NCBI GenBank assembly: GCA_964016885.1
Contig: OZ024745.1
Span: 1,116,001 to 1,180,000 of the forward strand
Direction: 5' to 3'
From: Eledone cirrhosa
Lineage: Eukaryota
Length of the DNA: 64,000 nt
The first letter of the stretch is position 1. The number at the start of each line of letters is the position of its first letter. Positions 1 through 13,288 of the stretch are shown here, piece after piece. Made by a program: the position numbers and the translations under genes. The notes beneath the pieces were generated by a model. It had not been told where the DNA came from, made no database searches, and worked only from the letters and a program-made list of their open reading frames with translations.

Positions 1-104
1 GGAGGTTGTAATGTCTTTGACAGAGCTGAAGAGAATAGGTAATAGCCACATACTTTCTTAATAGCTACCAGTAGTTCCTCACAAAAAACAGCAACAATAC
101 TTAC

Positions 105-206
105 CTCTAACAATCCTACTTTATCTTTTAACTTCTTAACTTCTTTGTCTTTCTCCTTTATCTCCTCTTCATGTTTGGCAGCCAATACACTCTGAACAGC
201 ATATTG
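105..206 (-). CDS. GKAP1: GKAP1-like coding exon 6 (coiled coil); gene continues beyond the window start
   Basis: TAG acceptor, QYAVQSVLAAKHEEEIKEKDKEVKKLKDKVGLLE, GTAAGT donor; 102 nt. EKDxEIxxLK-type coiled coil. Confidence 0.8.
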
Positions 207-596
207 CTAAATAGAAATTTAACAAGACCAATTATCAATATATACTAGTTTCTTACACAGCCTTATATTCAAAGAAGCAATGAAAAATTAAGTTGTTTCA
301 TCTATGGCTTTCTTACGGATATTAACAATATAACTGTATCAATCCCAATAGGTACATTGCATCCATGTGTGTCATAAGCAACTAAGAGGGTTGGTGTCAG
401 GAAGGGCATCCAGTTGTAAAACATTGCTTCAAAAATACTGCCATCAACCCATGCAAGCACAGAAGAATTGACTTAAAAATGATGACGTATTTATCATCCT
501 CATCACCTTTTAATGTCTATTTTTTCCACACTTACATATGGGTCATATATCTGTTGTATTTCCAGTTTAAAATAAGCCAAATCCCTTCAAGTTTAA

Positions 597-803
597 CCCT
601 TTAATGTTCAAACCGGCCAAAACCAGCCAGAATTCTCTACCTTTTTCTGTTGAAACTGGCTGTAACTGGTCGCTCAAACTGATGTTAAGGTATTGTTCTC
701 AAAATAAATACTTTCAAAATCTCATAGATTCGATATTATGTGAGGTAAAGCCTTTACCATGAAAATATAATAGTATATATAGAGTAATGTGAATGCTAAA
801 GGG
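597..803. mobile_element. piggyBac-like MITE
   Basis: TTAA|CCCTTTAATGTTCA ... TGAATGCTAAAGGG|TTAA: imperfect terminal inverted repeats with TTAA target duplication. Related copies near 11330-11526 and 42936-43133. Confidence 0.65.
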
Positions 804-1277
804 TTAAGAAGTGATTAAAAGGGTTAGTGTCAAGAAGGGCATCCAGTTATAAAACATTGCCTCAAAACGCTCTGTCCAACCCATGCCAACAGGAGTATAG
901 TCAACATAAAAATGATGATGATGAATGTCAATCCAGATGGAAACCAGGCCATGGATTAAACAGATATTTCTTTTCTATGTTTTCAACAAAGTCAGATAAA
1001 CTCCACAAGAGAATCAACAGCCATTAAAACAATAAAAAGGGTAAAACTCATAGCTTTTGACTCTCTAGCATTGTTGACTGTTTTGGAAACCCCTGTATTT
1101 GGTGGACTCTCTCTATTCTCTTACGCAGGGCCTGATTAAAAGAAGATTGTTGCTATGTACAAAGACCAGCCTATGTGGTTTATATCACTCCTGGCTAGGG
1201 TCATAATCATCTTATCTTAATTACATTCCTACTAAGGCTACATGTACTGATAGTTGATGAGTGATGGCCGGTGAGTT

Positions 1278-1372
1278 ATGGTTGGTGAGTGGTAGTCGAG
1301 TGATGATGGTTGGTGAGTGGTAGTCGAGTGATGATGGTTGGTGAGTGGTAGTCGAGTGATGATGGTTGAGTG
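1278..1372. repeat. 28-bp minisatellite, ~3 copies
   Basis: Tandem TGGTTGGTGAGTGGTAGTCGAGTGATGA. Confidence 0.85.
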
Positions 1373-1800
1373 ATGTTTCTCCTGCATCATCAGAAATGAC
1401 AGATGTATGCCAAACTGTGCAAGGTTAAGTCTGATATATTATAAATGACAAGCACTCAGTCCACTAATTAAAAGGTTGTAGTTCTGGTGCCACAACAAAG
1501 AGCACCCAGTCCACTCTGTAAAGTGGTCATAATGGTACAGCCAATTTCACCCTGTAAGTTGGTTGGTGTTAAGAAGGACACTTAGCTGTAGAAAATCAAA
1601 CGGACTACATGAGGACATCAGCTGACCTATATAACCTCATAATGTGACAGCTCATCTAACACATGTAAGCAAGGAAAATAAGACATTAAACAATGATGAT
1701 GATAATGGTGGTGGTGATGATAGTGATGAAAATAAATTCTAGAAATCAGAATGAAATTTTGTGGTCCATTTTACCAAAATAGAATATTAAAAATATTTAC

Positions 1801-1931
1801 TTTCCGGTATTCCTCCTGCATCTTTTCATTATGCAGGATGCGGTTGTAACCAGCTTTAGTATTATCAACACAGTTAGAGCCTCCTCCATCATTCAATGGA
1901 CTTTTGTTCGATGACGTTTCATGCTTGACAC
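1801..1931 (-). CDS. GKAP1: GKAP1-like coding exon 5
   Basis: AAG acceptor, (G)VKHETSSNKSPLNDGGGSNCVDNTKAGYNRILHNEKMQEEYRK, GTAAAT donor; 131 nt restores phase 0. Lies within ORF 1771..2025. Confidence 0.75.
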
Positions 1932-3339
1932 CTTCAAAAGTAAGTAAAAAATTAAATGTGAAAGAATTTTTATTTTCCTCCACAAGTAAGAAATTTATTA
2001 AAAATAAAAGAAATTTACAATTCATGTTTGGATATGAAAAAAAAAGGGAAATATCTAAATATCAAAAGTGAGGGAACTGGGGGTGGGTGGTAGGTAGGAC
2101 AACAGGCTCTATGCCCCGGTCTAGGCGGTATATCTCAGCTGCATTCTGAGGACGAAATGGTAGGCATTTCCAGAGAGAGCAGCCAGTGGCACCCACTACA
2201 TCAGCCATTCAATCTCAGTGTTCCTTCCTCAGGCAGGATGCACTCTTCCAGATTTTGTGGAGGAAAACAGCAGTGCGAGGACTGAGGAAAACCTGAATTC
2301 TTGACAACCATCAAAGCAACAAAGCAGTGGATCAAGTCCTTGTAGTTAGCTATCCTCCACACGACACCACCACACCTTCCTCTCCTCCACATTATAGGAA
2401 ACAGTTCTCAAACTTGATTAGCAACCCCACAATTAGGTAAACATGAGCCTAATTCACCATCATCACCATTTAACATCAATTTTCCTTGCATGGGTTAGAC
2501 AGGTTGTCACATTATGTGGCCAGACCGGTCAAGTGGCTGTCTTCATCATAACATTTGTTTTTCACTTGGTTTTCTCTGGCTGGATACTTTTTTTGTTGTG
2601 GCACCATTACAACTATCTAACAGGGTAGACTGGGTGGTTTTGTCGTGTCACCAGCACGACCCCCTTAGAATGGGTGCTTTTTTGTTATGGCACCAGCATG
2701 ACCCCCTTAAAGAGATGGCAGTACTTTTTGGTTACACACCAGCACAACCTCCTTACAGGGTGGACATAGTGCTTTCGTTGTGGAACCAGCATGAACAGTT
2801 TGTGTTGTAGACGGTTAGCTGAAAAGCAGCACAGAACTCCAAAGTCTAGGCCTTCCTTATTTCTTGTCCCATACCCATAGCCTCGAAGCACACCCATGAA
2901 CCTGTCATAATTCCCAGCATATCTATTGACGTCGTCAGCCACAATAATCAGCTAACAGTCACTCATTATCAAGCTAGTTTTTCTGAGGACCTTATAGAAG
3001 TGGTCTGTCTGGTAGTCTGCAAGTCCAACATGTGGAGCGTATGTAAAGATTATAGTAGCAGTCTTATTGCCCAAAGATAATCTTAGTTTAATTATCCTAT
3101 TAGATTTTCTGACTAGATCAATTAACTTATCTACAGATTTCTCAGCAAACAGTATTCCTACATGACCACCCCAGAAGAACTAGTGCCGATGTTCCTTAAC
3201 TCTAATGAATCTGGCTGAAGTTTACCTCACCTTACTTTTTACATGCAGTATACATCTCCACAATCTCATCATGCCAATATTTACAATAGCAACTCTGAAA
3301 TCCTGAGTCTAAGAGGAAGAGGTGGATATTTGCGGTACT

Positions 3340-3930
3340 TCATCATTGTTCTACATCTCTTTTTCCATACTTGCATGGGTTGGACAGGTCTTTTCCAACC
3401 CAGCATCTCTCCATTTGTTGCATTCCTTTGTCATTTCCTATGTGAGTTTAGCAATTTGAGATCAGCTCTAAAACCTCTGCCCAGTTTTTCCTCTGCTGCA
3501 GTTTCCTTCCACTGGGATTTCTTGACACCTTTTCACTCAATGATCATCTATATGCATCACGTATACCAGCGCAGTTTTCTCTCTTGCACACATCTTCTTA
3601 TACCCAGCTTTTCTCACAGTATATCCATGATTTGACATTCATGAATATTAACATACATATTGCACATTTATTGAAGTATGCTCACTTCATTTCTCTCCAG
3701 CCTTCACGTATCCTCTGTATTCACCACCTATGTCTCCTATGCAGCATTGCACATCACATAGCAAACCTTTCATTCAAAGAAGCCTCTTGTCAACAGAGGC
3801 AGTAACCCCTTAAACTTCTTCTATCCTACTCTTATTCTAACTACTATGCTCTCGTAGTAGTACTTTCCTCCGTTGCTAAGTCATCTAGGTAGCAGAAGCT
3901 ATCAACCACTTTTATGGAGTATTTATGGAA
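3340..3930 (-). mobile_element. Degraded RTE LINE 3' coding remnant
   Basis: Decayed equivalents of the FCYLGD, MLHxxETW and LRWYGHV segments seen in the younger copies. Confidence 0.6.
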
Positions 3931-3976
3931 AAGATTTCACTGATATCAAGTGTAAAACCTAGTAATGTAACTCTAC

Positions 3977-4100
3977 CTGATTTGTTGGAATTTTGAACCT
4001 TATTTTTGGGCTGTTCTACATTGGTGGGACTAACTTGCTTTTCTTTTTTCTTCTTCTTTTTACTTTCTGCCTGAGTTTTACCTTCTGAGCTGTTTCCTTT
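3977..4100 (-). CDS. GKAP1: GKAP1-like coding exon 4
   Basis: TAG acceptor, KGNSSEGKTQAESKKKKKKEKQVSPTNVEQPKNKVQNSNKS+G, GTAGAG donor; 124 nt ending in phase 1, compatible with the next exon. Confidence 0.75.
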
Positions 4101-4293
4101 CTACCAAAACAAAATGAAAAAAAAAATAAATAAATAAATAAATAGTAATAATAATAGTGTTATGACAACTGAGGTGAAATTTCTTTTCTAGATGTTCATA
4201 TTTTAATTAAAAAAATTACTATTCCTCATCAATTTTCATTTCATTTCATTTCATGCAGCTCCCTTCAGCTCAATCACAAGCATATCTATATAA

Positions 4294-5095
4294 CTAGCTG
4301 AATGACCCGGCGTTGCTCTGGTTACTGCTGTTCTTATTCAGATTAGTAAACAATAAATATGGAGATATATTTTTTCATAATTATTTCAAAATATCTACAT
4401 TTTATAAAAAAAAAAATCAAAATTGTAATGATAATAGAATTCAGAAATAAAAATCTGTCAATCTTGAAGCACCTTAGGGTAAACAATATTCACTGCGTAA
4501 TTTTTTGTTGGTGTCCAAATGAATAAATTGTTGCTGCTTCCAAATCGTGAACAACCAACACAGAGTTGACTGCGGGAGAAACATGTAGTAGAGAGATGAA
4601 GTCCAACTACCTTGAGGGATTGACCAAGATTTGTTAATTGAAATAACAAAACTTAGTTTGATTGGAAACTGAAGCCTCTTAAATTCAACCTCACATACAC
4701 TCACACACATATACTTGTCAGTCATCACATATGTATATGTATGTGTAGATGTGTATATGTTTAATTCTCTATGTATCTGATTAAATATTACGTGAAGATG
4801 TATGTGTATGTGCCTTACTAAGGCCAAACATATGTAACAAACACGGAAACACACACACATTCACAGACATACAAAATGTGATGCCGTCGTTGTGTTATAA
4901 AATGTAGTTTACTTATAGTCTATAGTAGAATATTTTAGATAAAATGTTATATTGTTTTAATCCAAATGAAAATAAAAATTACATGTTAATCCCGGAGTCT
5001 AATACCTTGTAAAATTCAATTTGATTTGGTCGAGCTGTTTGAGAATGCATAAGGAAAAGACAGACAGAGAGAGACAGAATTTTATAGATATAATA
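4294..5095 (-). mobile_element. Non-autonomous Helitron with a Pif1-helicase C-terminal fragment
   Basis: Frameshifted FKRLQFPIKLSFVISINKS / GQSLKVVGLHL...SQLCVGCSR...NIVYPKVL (RepHel motifs V-VI) at ~4458-4690. 3' GC-rich hairpin (CCAGAGCAACGCCGGG) and terminal CTAG at 4294-4297. 5' end is TCTATAAAA followed by (GTCT)n. Confidence 0.8.
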
Positions 5096-5112
5096 TATAT
5101 TATATATATATA

Positions 5113-6132
5113 TCGTTTCTGAATTTGTTTAGCAAGATTCTTTATCTGAAATCGTGTGTTGAAACCGATATTGTTATACTTTGGGAGGGTCATGTTGCCA
5201 ATAAGAAACACACGCACCAGTTGCTTTCACTTCAATTTATTATATATTTATAAATTTACAAATCTACAAATTTATAAATTTCTGGTTGGTTGGTTGGTTC
5301 CACAACCAGATAGTTGTTTATATATAGTCATAGTCCTTTCGTCACACACTCTGTGACCTCTTCAGTGACTGGGGATTCCTTTCTTTGTTTCTGTGCCTTT
5401 CCTTTCTTCTGTCCTACGCCATTTTGTTTCTGTGTGTGTGTTGTGTGCTCAGTTTGCGCATGCGCCACATCCGAGTGTCTGTGTGTGTGTGTGTTCATTT
5501 ATCTATTTGTTTATTTATTTACATGTTATTGGTTGTTTGTTCTATGTGTGTGTGTGTTTTCATTTTGTCCTTAATTGTAAGTTGTGATGTTGCTGTTCCA
5601 CTCATATTTTGGTTGTAATTCTTTTATGTTTATTGCCTCTGTAATTTGTCTAAACATTGCATCTTTTCTGTGTGTAGATTCTATTTTTATTTCTATGTTC
5701 TCTAGTTTACCCTTGTGTTCTATCTTAGCATGTTGATAGAGTACAGATGATTCTTTATTATCTTGAAGGTCTCGCCAGTGTTCATTTATCCGTTCCCCTA
5801 TACTACGAGCTGTCTCACCTATGTACACTATATTTTTGTTTCTACATTGTCCTTCAGTACATCTTATGCTATACACTACATTTCTAGTTTTACAGTTAAT
5901 ATGGGGGCTTATTTTACAGGTTATACATTTCTTATCTATACATCTTTGGAACGGGTATGTCTTGCTAATAAGTGTTTTTACGGAGGTACCTGGTCTTTCT
6001 ACTATCTTAATATTGAGTTTATGTTTATTTAGGGCCCTTCTAAATTTGTAGGCTAGTTCGCCTCTAGGGGTTGTGTCGATGAACATTACACTCTGGTATT
6101 TATTGCTATCATACCATGAGTTTATTCTATTG
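5113..6132 (-). mobile_element. Penelope-like element, 5'-truncated (left arm of fold-back), GIY-YIG endonuclease region
   Basis: ORF 5571..6086: C-x2-C...CKTRNVVYSIRC...YIGETARSIGERINEH...EAINI, typical of PLE GIY-YIG domains; followed by a UTR containing a hammerhead. Confidence 0.9.
5326..5370 (-). ncRNA. Minimal type I hammerhead ribozyme (mirror copy in the left arm)
   Basis: Exact reverse complement of 6916-6960. Confidence 0.85.
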
Positions 6133-6151
6133 AAAGAACTAGGAACAAGGC

Positions 6152-7118
6152 CAATAGAATAAACTCATGGTATGATAGCAATAAATACCAGAGTGTAATG
6201 TTCATCAATACAACCCCTAGAGGCGAACTAGCCTACAAATTTAGAAGGGCCCTAAATAAACATAAACTCAATATTAAGATAGTAGAAAGACCAGGTACCT
6301 CCGTAAAAACACTTATTAGCAAGACATACTCGTTCCAAAGACGCTCATGTATAGATAAGAAATGTATAACCTGTAAAATAAGACCCCATATTAACTGTAA
6401 AACTAGAAATGTAGTGTATAGCATAAGATGTACTGAAGGACAATGTAGAAACAAAAATATAGTGTACATAGGTGAGACAGCTCGTAGTATAGGGGAACGG
6501 ATAAATGAACACTGGCGAGACCTTCAAGATAATAAAGAATCATCTGTACTCTACCAACATGCTAAGATAGAACACAAGGGTGAATTAGAGAACATAGAAA
6601 TAAAAATAGAATCTACACACAGAAAAGATGCAATGTTTAGACAAATTACAGAGGCAATAAACATAAAAGAATTACAACCAAAATATGAGTGGAACAGCAA
6701 CATCACAACTTACAATTAAGGACAAAATGAAAACACACACACACATAGAACAAACAACCAATAACATGTAAATAAATAAACAAATAGATAAATGAACACA
6801 CACACAGACACCCGGATGTGGCGCATGCGCAAACTGAGCACACAACACACACACAGAAACAAAATGGCGTAGGACAGAAGAAAGGAAAGGCACAGAAACA
6901 AAGAAAGGAATCCCCAGTCACTGAAGAGGTCACAGAGTGTGTGACGAAAGGACTATGACTATATATAAACAACTATCTGGTTGTGGAACCAACCAACCAA
7001 CCAGAAATTTATAAATTTGTAAATTTATAAATTTATAAATATATAATAAATTGAAGTGAAAGCAACTGGTGCGTGTGTTTCTTATTGGCAACATGACCCT
7101 CCCAAAGTATAACAATAT
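6152..7118 (+). mobile_element. Penelope-like element, 5'-truncated (right arm of fold-back), GIY-YIG endonuclease region
   Basis: ORF 6198..6719, a near-identical inverted copy of the left arm; 19-bp spacer at 6133-6151. Confidence 0.9.
6916..6960 (+). ncRNA. Minimal type I hammerhead ribozyme in the PLE 3' region
   Basis: AGUCA CUGAAGA GGUCAC-AGAGUGU-GUGAC GAAA GGAC UA UGACU: stem I AGUCA/UGACU, intact core, stem II, minimal stem III. Confidence 0.85.
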
Positions 7119-9251
7119 ATATATATATATATATAAATAAACTGGAACCTCGTTCCACAAATTTAATTCGTTTTTGATGGCCTTTTGACACCCAAAATGT
7201 TCATAAAACGAAATTATTTTTCCCATACAAAATGTTGAGAGAGAGACTGAGAGAGACAGATAGATATCTTGATAGTAACTAACTACTCAGCAAGTGACAC
7301 TTCCTGCAGATACTTGTTGCTAACCAGTGTTTCCAGCTTGCGTGTTTATTACTTGAGGCACTGTTCATGAACTGAGGTTCCAGTATATAAATTTCACCCT
7401 ACAAATCAGCTTCAAATTAGCTGGACCAATTTTTACAATTAAATCTGTTATCCTTCAATACTTACCATACAGTCAACCATCCAACTGTGTTTCCCTTATT
7501 ATAAGACAGGTCTTATAAAAGGGCACTAGGGCTTATATTTTTACACAAAAAAATAACAGCACAAGAGTTTTTTATGAAAGTAACATTAAATTGATGTCAA
7601 ATGTAAAGGATATATATTATAGAGTTAAAAACAATATCATTAAAAGAATTTATTATATTAGTAATCAGCAAAACTCTGGAACATCTGTGTTTTATATCAT
7701 TTTTTATATTAATTTTTCTTGCAAAACTGCGCTAGGGCTTATTATATTGGACAGTAACATAAGAATCATGCTGGGGCTTGAGTCTTATAAGGTATATGTA
7801 AACCGTGTAAACACTGCTTCTAAAATGTTAATGTCTGCCTCAAGCCTGGAGGTTTATCAGGTTTTCATTGGTGTTAAACAACTGAGAGAACAAAATTCTC
7901 TGCTGGACGCCAGCCCACCACAGGGATAACCCCCAACAACCATTGGTATTCATTTTCAGCTGAGTGTGAAATAAAGTGTTTTGCTCAAGAACACAATATA
8001 CAGCCCAGTTTTCATGTTACGCAACTGAAAGTACAAGACTCTCCACTGGACAGGACACTAGTCCACTGCAGAGTTACCGTATATACTCAAATACAATCCA
8101 CCCCACTCCAACTATTTTATGTCTGAAAAATGGGCAAAAATCCAAACCCCGTTTATAAGCCGAGGAAGCTAACACATTATGGTGCAGGTTTGAAATTCTC
8201 AGGAGTTGAGAAAATATTTACAAAGTTTTAATATTTTGATATTTAAAATGTTTTAAGTGTTGTTGAGTAAAATTTTTCTTTCACAAATCCACTACAAAAC
8301 AAAGGGAGATATATTTTTTAGTTTAAGGTATTATTTAAAAAATGAATCCCAGAGAGATTTTAACCTAAAAATGTTAACGTAAAAAGACTCAGCAAATTTT
8401 AATTGATTATTTTATCCAGTGTTTTACACTTTTTCTCATCTTCCATTTTACAATTACAATAATTATAAATTAGCTGATCCTGTGGAAATTCCACACTATT
8501 GATTCTAACCAAAGTCAGCATGGGAAATAGATGTTGAATGGTAATGATGGACACTCTGAATGGTAATGATGGACCATGGTAATGAACACCCTGCTGTAGA
8601 AACCATTCCAAAAAAATGGTCAAGAGGACCCTTCAGTTGCAGCAATGGCACAACCTCTCTGGAGTCGGTGATCTACACAATATATGCACCTAGTACACAG
8701 TGTAAAGTTGTTGGTGATAGGAAGGATATCCAGTAGTAGAAAACTTGCCAAACAAAGGGTTGATAGGACTCTACAGCGGTATCAAAAACATAACCTCCCT
8801 AGTACTGGTATCTTGATAAAATGCACTTGGTGGAATGTGGGATCATATGTAAGCAAGATGCAGGTCCCAGGCCCAACTAAGAAGTCAATGGCCCTGTTTG
8901 AGTAGTGACTTTGTGATGACCTGTCCAACTCTTGTTAACAGGGAAAACATATGATGTATACTATTAATTTAATACTTTATATAAACTGAATTTTAGCAAG
9001 TTTTTCCCCAGTTTTCTTTGTTTATTGGTAATAACTGCCTTAATTTCCTAACCGTAGAAATCATCATAAAAAGAAACATAACTATTTACGACTAAACACT
9101 GGTTGTGCTAAGTCTATCTTATTAAATGTTTCACCCTTTATTATCTCTAAATAAGCTAAAGAAACTGGAAACTGAGTTTATTTGTAAAAGGTTCAGTTTA
9201 GCAGATAACAATTAATTGCACTAACAAGCATGTGTTAAACAATTGATGATT

Positions 9252-9304
<53 letters not shown>

Positions 9305-9474
9305 ATAATAAGTATAAATCGAAGTTGAAGCTGCAAATATATATATATAAGATTTGCCCCCTCCTTACCACGGCCACCATAGCCACTGCCACAACACCAC
9401 CAGCTGCAACTCTCACTACATCACATATGTGTGTGCTAGTATGTTAAACAGAGGGAGAAAAAAACAAAAAGAGA

Positions 9475-10127
9475 GAGAAAGTAATAAAAGTGTAATCTAG
9501 AAGAGAAAGTAATAATGGTGTAATCTAGAAGAGAAAGTAATAATGGTGTAATCTAGAAGAGAAAGTAATAATGGTGTAATCTAGAAGAGAAAGTAATAAT
9601 GGTGTAATCTAGAAGAGAAAGTGATAATGGTGTAATCTAGAAGAGAAAGTAATAATGGTGTAATCTAGAAGAGAAAGTAATAATGGTGTAATCTAGAAGA
9701 GAAAGTAATAATGGTGTAATCTAGAAGAGAAAGTAATAATGGTGTAATCTAGAAGAGAAAGTGATAATGGTGTAATCTAGAAGAGAAAGTGATAATGGTG
9801 TAATCTAGAAGAGAAAGTGATAATGGTGTAATCTAGAAGAGAAAATAATAATGGTGTAATCTAGAAGAGAAAGTGATAATGGTGTAATCTAGAAGAGAAA
9901 GTGATAATGGTGTAATCTAGAAGAGAAAGTAATAATGGTGTAATCTAGAAGAGAAAGTAATAATGGTGTAATCTAGAAGAGAAAGTGATAATGGTGTAAT
10001 CTAGAAGAGAAAGTAATAATGGTGTAATCTAGAAGAGAAAGTGATAATGGTGTAATCTAGAAGAGAAAGTGATAATGGTGTAATCTAGAAGAGAAAGTGA
10101 TAATGGTGTAATCTAGAAGAGAAAGTC
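9475..10127. repeat. 28-bp minisatellite, ~23 copies
   Basis: Unit GAGAAAGT(A/G)ATAATGGTGTAATCTAGAA. Confidence 0.95.
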
Positions 10128-10933
10128 ATTTACTTCAATATTGATGTAATATTCCCTCTCACTTTTTCTCTCTTTTTGCCTCTTTTTCAAACCACATATT
10201 CCTCATTACTTTCCTCTCCCATCAACTCAAGTAAACGACTCTCTTTCTTCTACCTCACAGTGTTACTATTTTCCCATCCATGAAACATTCTCTCTCACAT
10301 ACATGCCCACTCCCTTACAGTATGACCAATATTTTATACAAAATATACATCAGCGCTTTAATATAATAGATGATATTAATAAAAAACATATTTTGAACGT
10401 ACAACATCCAGAAAAACTGAACCCTAAAACAACAAAGAATTGAATATTGTAGTAAACAACAATAAGGAAAAAAAAGCACTGACAGATGATAGATAATAGT
10501 GGTTTATTCTGACAAATATTGGAGTGCTATGTAAAATGAATTCTTGAAAATGATTAAACTAGCCTTGTTGGAGCAATTAAGACACTTGGCTGGCTAAGTC
10601 CTTTTGAAAAACAACAAATGAGGAACACAAAGAAATTTATGTTTAAAACATCTAATATCCTGATACAGATACAATTTATCTGAAATCTTTAGACCTGATC
10701 AAAAGAAATATATTTCTATCTTTCACTATCTATACATATAAAAGAAATAAGGAAAATGAAATTATTCATTATTTCAAAAATTAATAAGTAAAATGAATAA
10801 AATAAGAGAGAAAAACAGTAAACCATGAACATTATTCATCTTAGTGTCCTAGCACTCTTATTTCTTAAGTACAGCACAAAAGAAAAAAAAAAAAGAAAAA
10901 GGGTAGGAGAAGGGTTAAATGTTAGTGACATAC

Positions 10934-11020
10934 TTCTTTTGTAGGTTTTTTCTGTTCAAATTCCAACCTGCTAAGGAGTAACGCTTGTTGCAGATCTTTC
11001 TCATAGATATCCGTTGTAAA
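10934..11020 (-). CDS. GKAP1: GKAP1-like coding exon 3
   Basis: CAG acceptor, FTTDIYEKDLQQALLLSRLEFEQKKPTKE, GTATGT donor; 87 nt. Matches the conserved ExDLxxALLLSxLE block. Confidence 0.9.
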
Positions 11021-13288
11021 CTGCAAAAGAAACTCAGCTTCATAATGTTTTGAATCAAACCAAAATTAACAGTATTCCTTAGTGAGTGAGGGCTGTGGGA
11101 AGGAAAGAAGAGAGAGAGAAGAGTAAGCTTTCAACATTCCTTTATGACTGTAAACCCAGGATTAAACAACAGCTTGCAATCCAGGAAATATTTTACTTTC
11201 TTCCGCCAAACAGCAAAATAACATGGAAGACTATAAAAATACAATTTTCGAAAAATGTCGACAAGTGTACAAAATCAGCTTCCTTGAAACATATTTGAAA
11301 AGCTAGATTTATCTATTGCTATAAATTATTCATTAAGCATTTACATTACTATATATTTACTATTGTATTTTCACAGTAAACAATTTATTTCACATATCGA
11401 ATCTCAAGAATTTGATATTATTTATTTTGAGAACAATACCATAACATAATTATGAGCAGCCAGTTTGAACAGCAGATGGTGACAGAATTCAGGCTGGATA
11501 TGGCTGGTTTAAATGCTAAAGGGTTAGACTACCCTTATGCCTTAGGTATATTCAAACATAGATGACTTTACTAAAAAATACAAGATCCACTTTTTTTTTT
11601 TTCCTATTTAATAGGACAAAATTTCCCAAAGCACCAAACCAGTGATTTAAGTAGGCTATGATATGCCAAGTGTAAATATTTGGAACCTTCATTTAATAAA
11701 TACAAGCTTCACAGTTGGGGAAAAAATGAATGATTAAGTATAAAGAAGTCCTAAAGTTTTACCACAACCAACCAAATCTTGAAAAATACATCCACTCTTA
11801 TGGATCTTCCAGATAGAAAAAAAAGTTTTTTGAAACTGAGCTATGAATACAGACGCTAATAGTCACTAAGAACAACCCAGAGGTAGAATGAAAAAAATAT
11901 ATATATATTTTAAGTAAATAAAATAACTGGACTATTAAGCTGAAACACTAAAGTTTAATTCCTATGTCTCTGAGCAAAAATACTTCATGTATTCCTCAAA
12001 TTTACGGAATTGTGAAAAATATTACCAGATTTGAATAAGAGAAATATTAACTGTAATGGACTAGCCTCTCAGAGATGAGAACATTTTAATTGGAACAAGT
12101 TGGAATTAAAATGGATGGGAAGAAAAGGTAAACATAATGTGCTGGAGAAGAACAGAAATAGGCTCTACTTTCATACCAAAAACAATTGCAATGTTAAGAG
12201 ACTAGACATCTATAGGCTCTAATAGAAAGTTGTGTCAAAGACAGCCTCCCTAGTTTTGGTGATATGATAAACACATCCAATACACTGTTAATGTGATTAG
12301 TGATAGGAAGGGTATCTAGCCACAGAAAACCTGCCAAATTAAGGGTCAAAAGAACTTTTCATTTATGTCAAAGATGTAACAATCTGCCTAGTGCTGACAT
12401 CACGGTAGAGCATGGGATTGTATGTATGTAAGATGCAACTCCCTGGCCCACCTGAGAGGCCACTAACATAGCTCGAGTACTGACTTGGTCTGTGAAGACC
12501 TGTCCAACCACTGTTAGCAGGGAAAAACATTAAATCATGATTCTCTAACATTTGAAGACTCATTTGCTTCTATAAACTCTAAAAGAACATTTAACCTAAA
12601 CTGTTGAACAATAAAACTCAAATAGCATAAAATTTCACAATTCCTATCATATTTGTTTTTATGTCCATAAAAATGATGATGATGAGGTTAATTGCAATTA
12701 TAACTTTCCTAAAAATATTAATGATTTTCTTCAAGTAACACTGAATAACTTGTGACAACCTGTTCAACTCCCGTTGGATTAGAAAACAGACTTCATATGA
12801 TGCAACACTGAAATTGCTTTAGAACAAGGCTGACTAACTTTCTCATTATTAAGCTGGCAATTGGAATATAACATAACAAAGGTTATTACATAAAATTATG
12901 ATAGAAGGTTTTTAGATAAATATGAATACATTAAAATAGTTATGTATCATAGATCCAAGGGCAGTTTCAGGTGGTTTGGTATTAAAAGGGTTAATCCATT
13001 CTAATACCAGTTCAACATTGGTAATCTTGTTTACTAGGAACATGGTCTACTGAGTTAAATGAGTAGCATTTAAAAAAAATCTTACTTTTAATCATCCTGG
13101 ATAAAATTTGAATTACAAATTTAGAGGTGCAAACTTGTTAGGAAGCCCTACATTCACAGAATAGCTGGTTTTTACAGTTGAGAAAAAATACAAGAGTGCT
13201 GTTTACAGCAGGTTTTCAATAGTGTCCATCGACATCATCATCATTATTTAACGATGATGATGATGTCGATGGTACTATCTTCTAGAGC

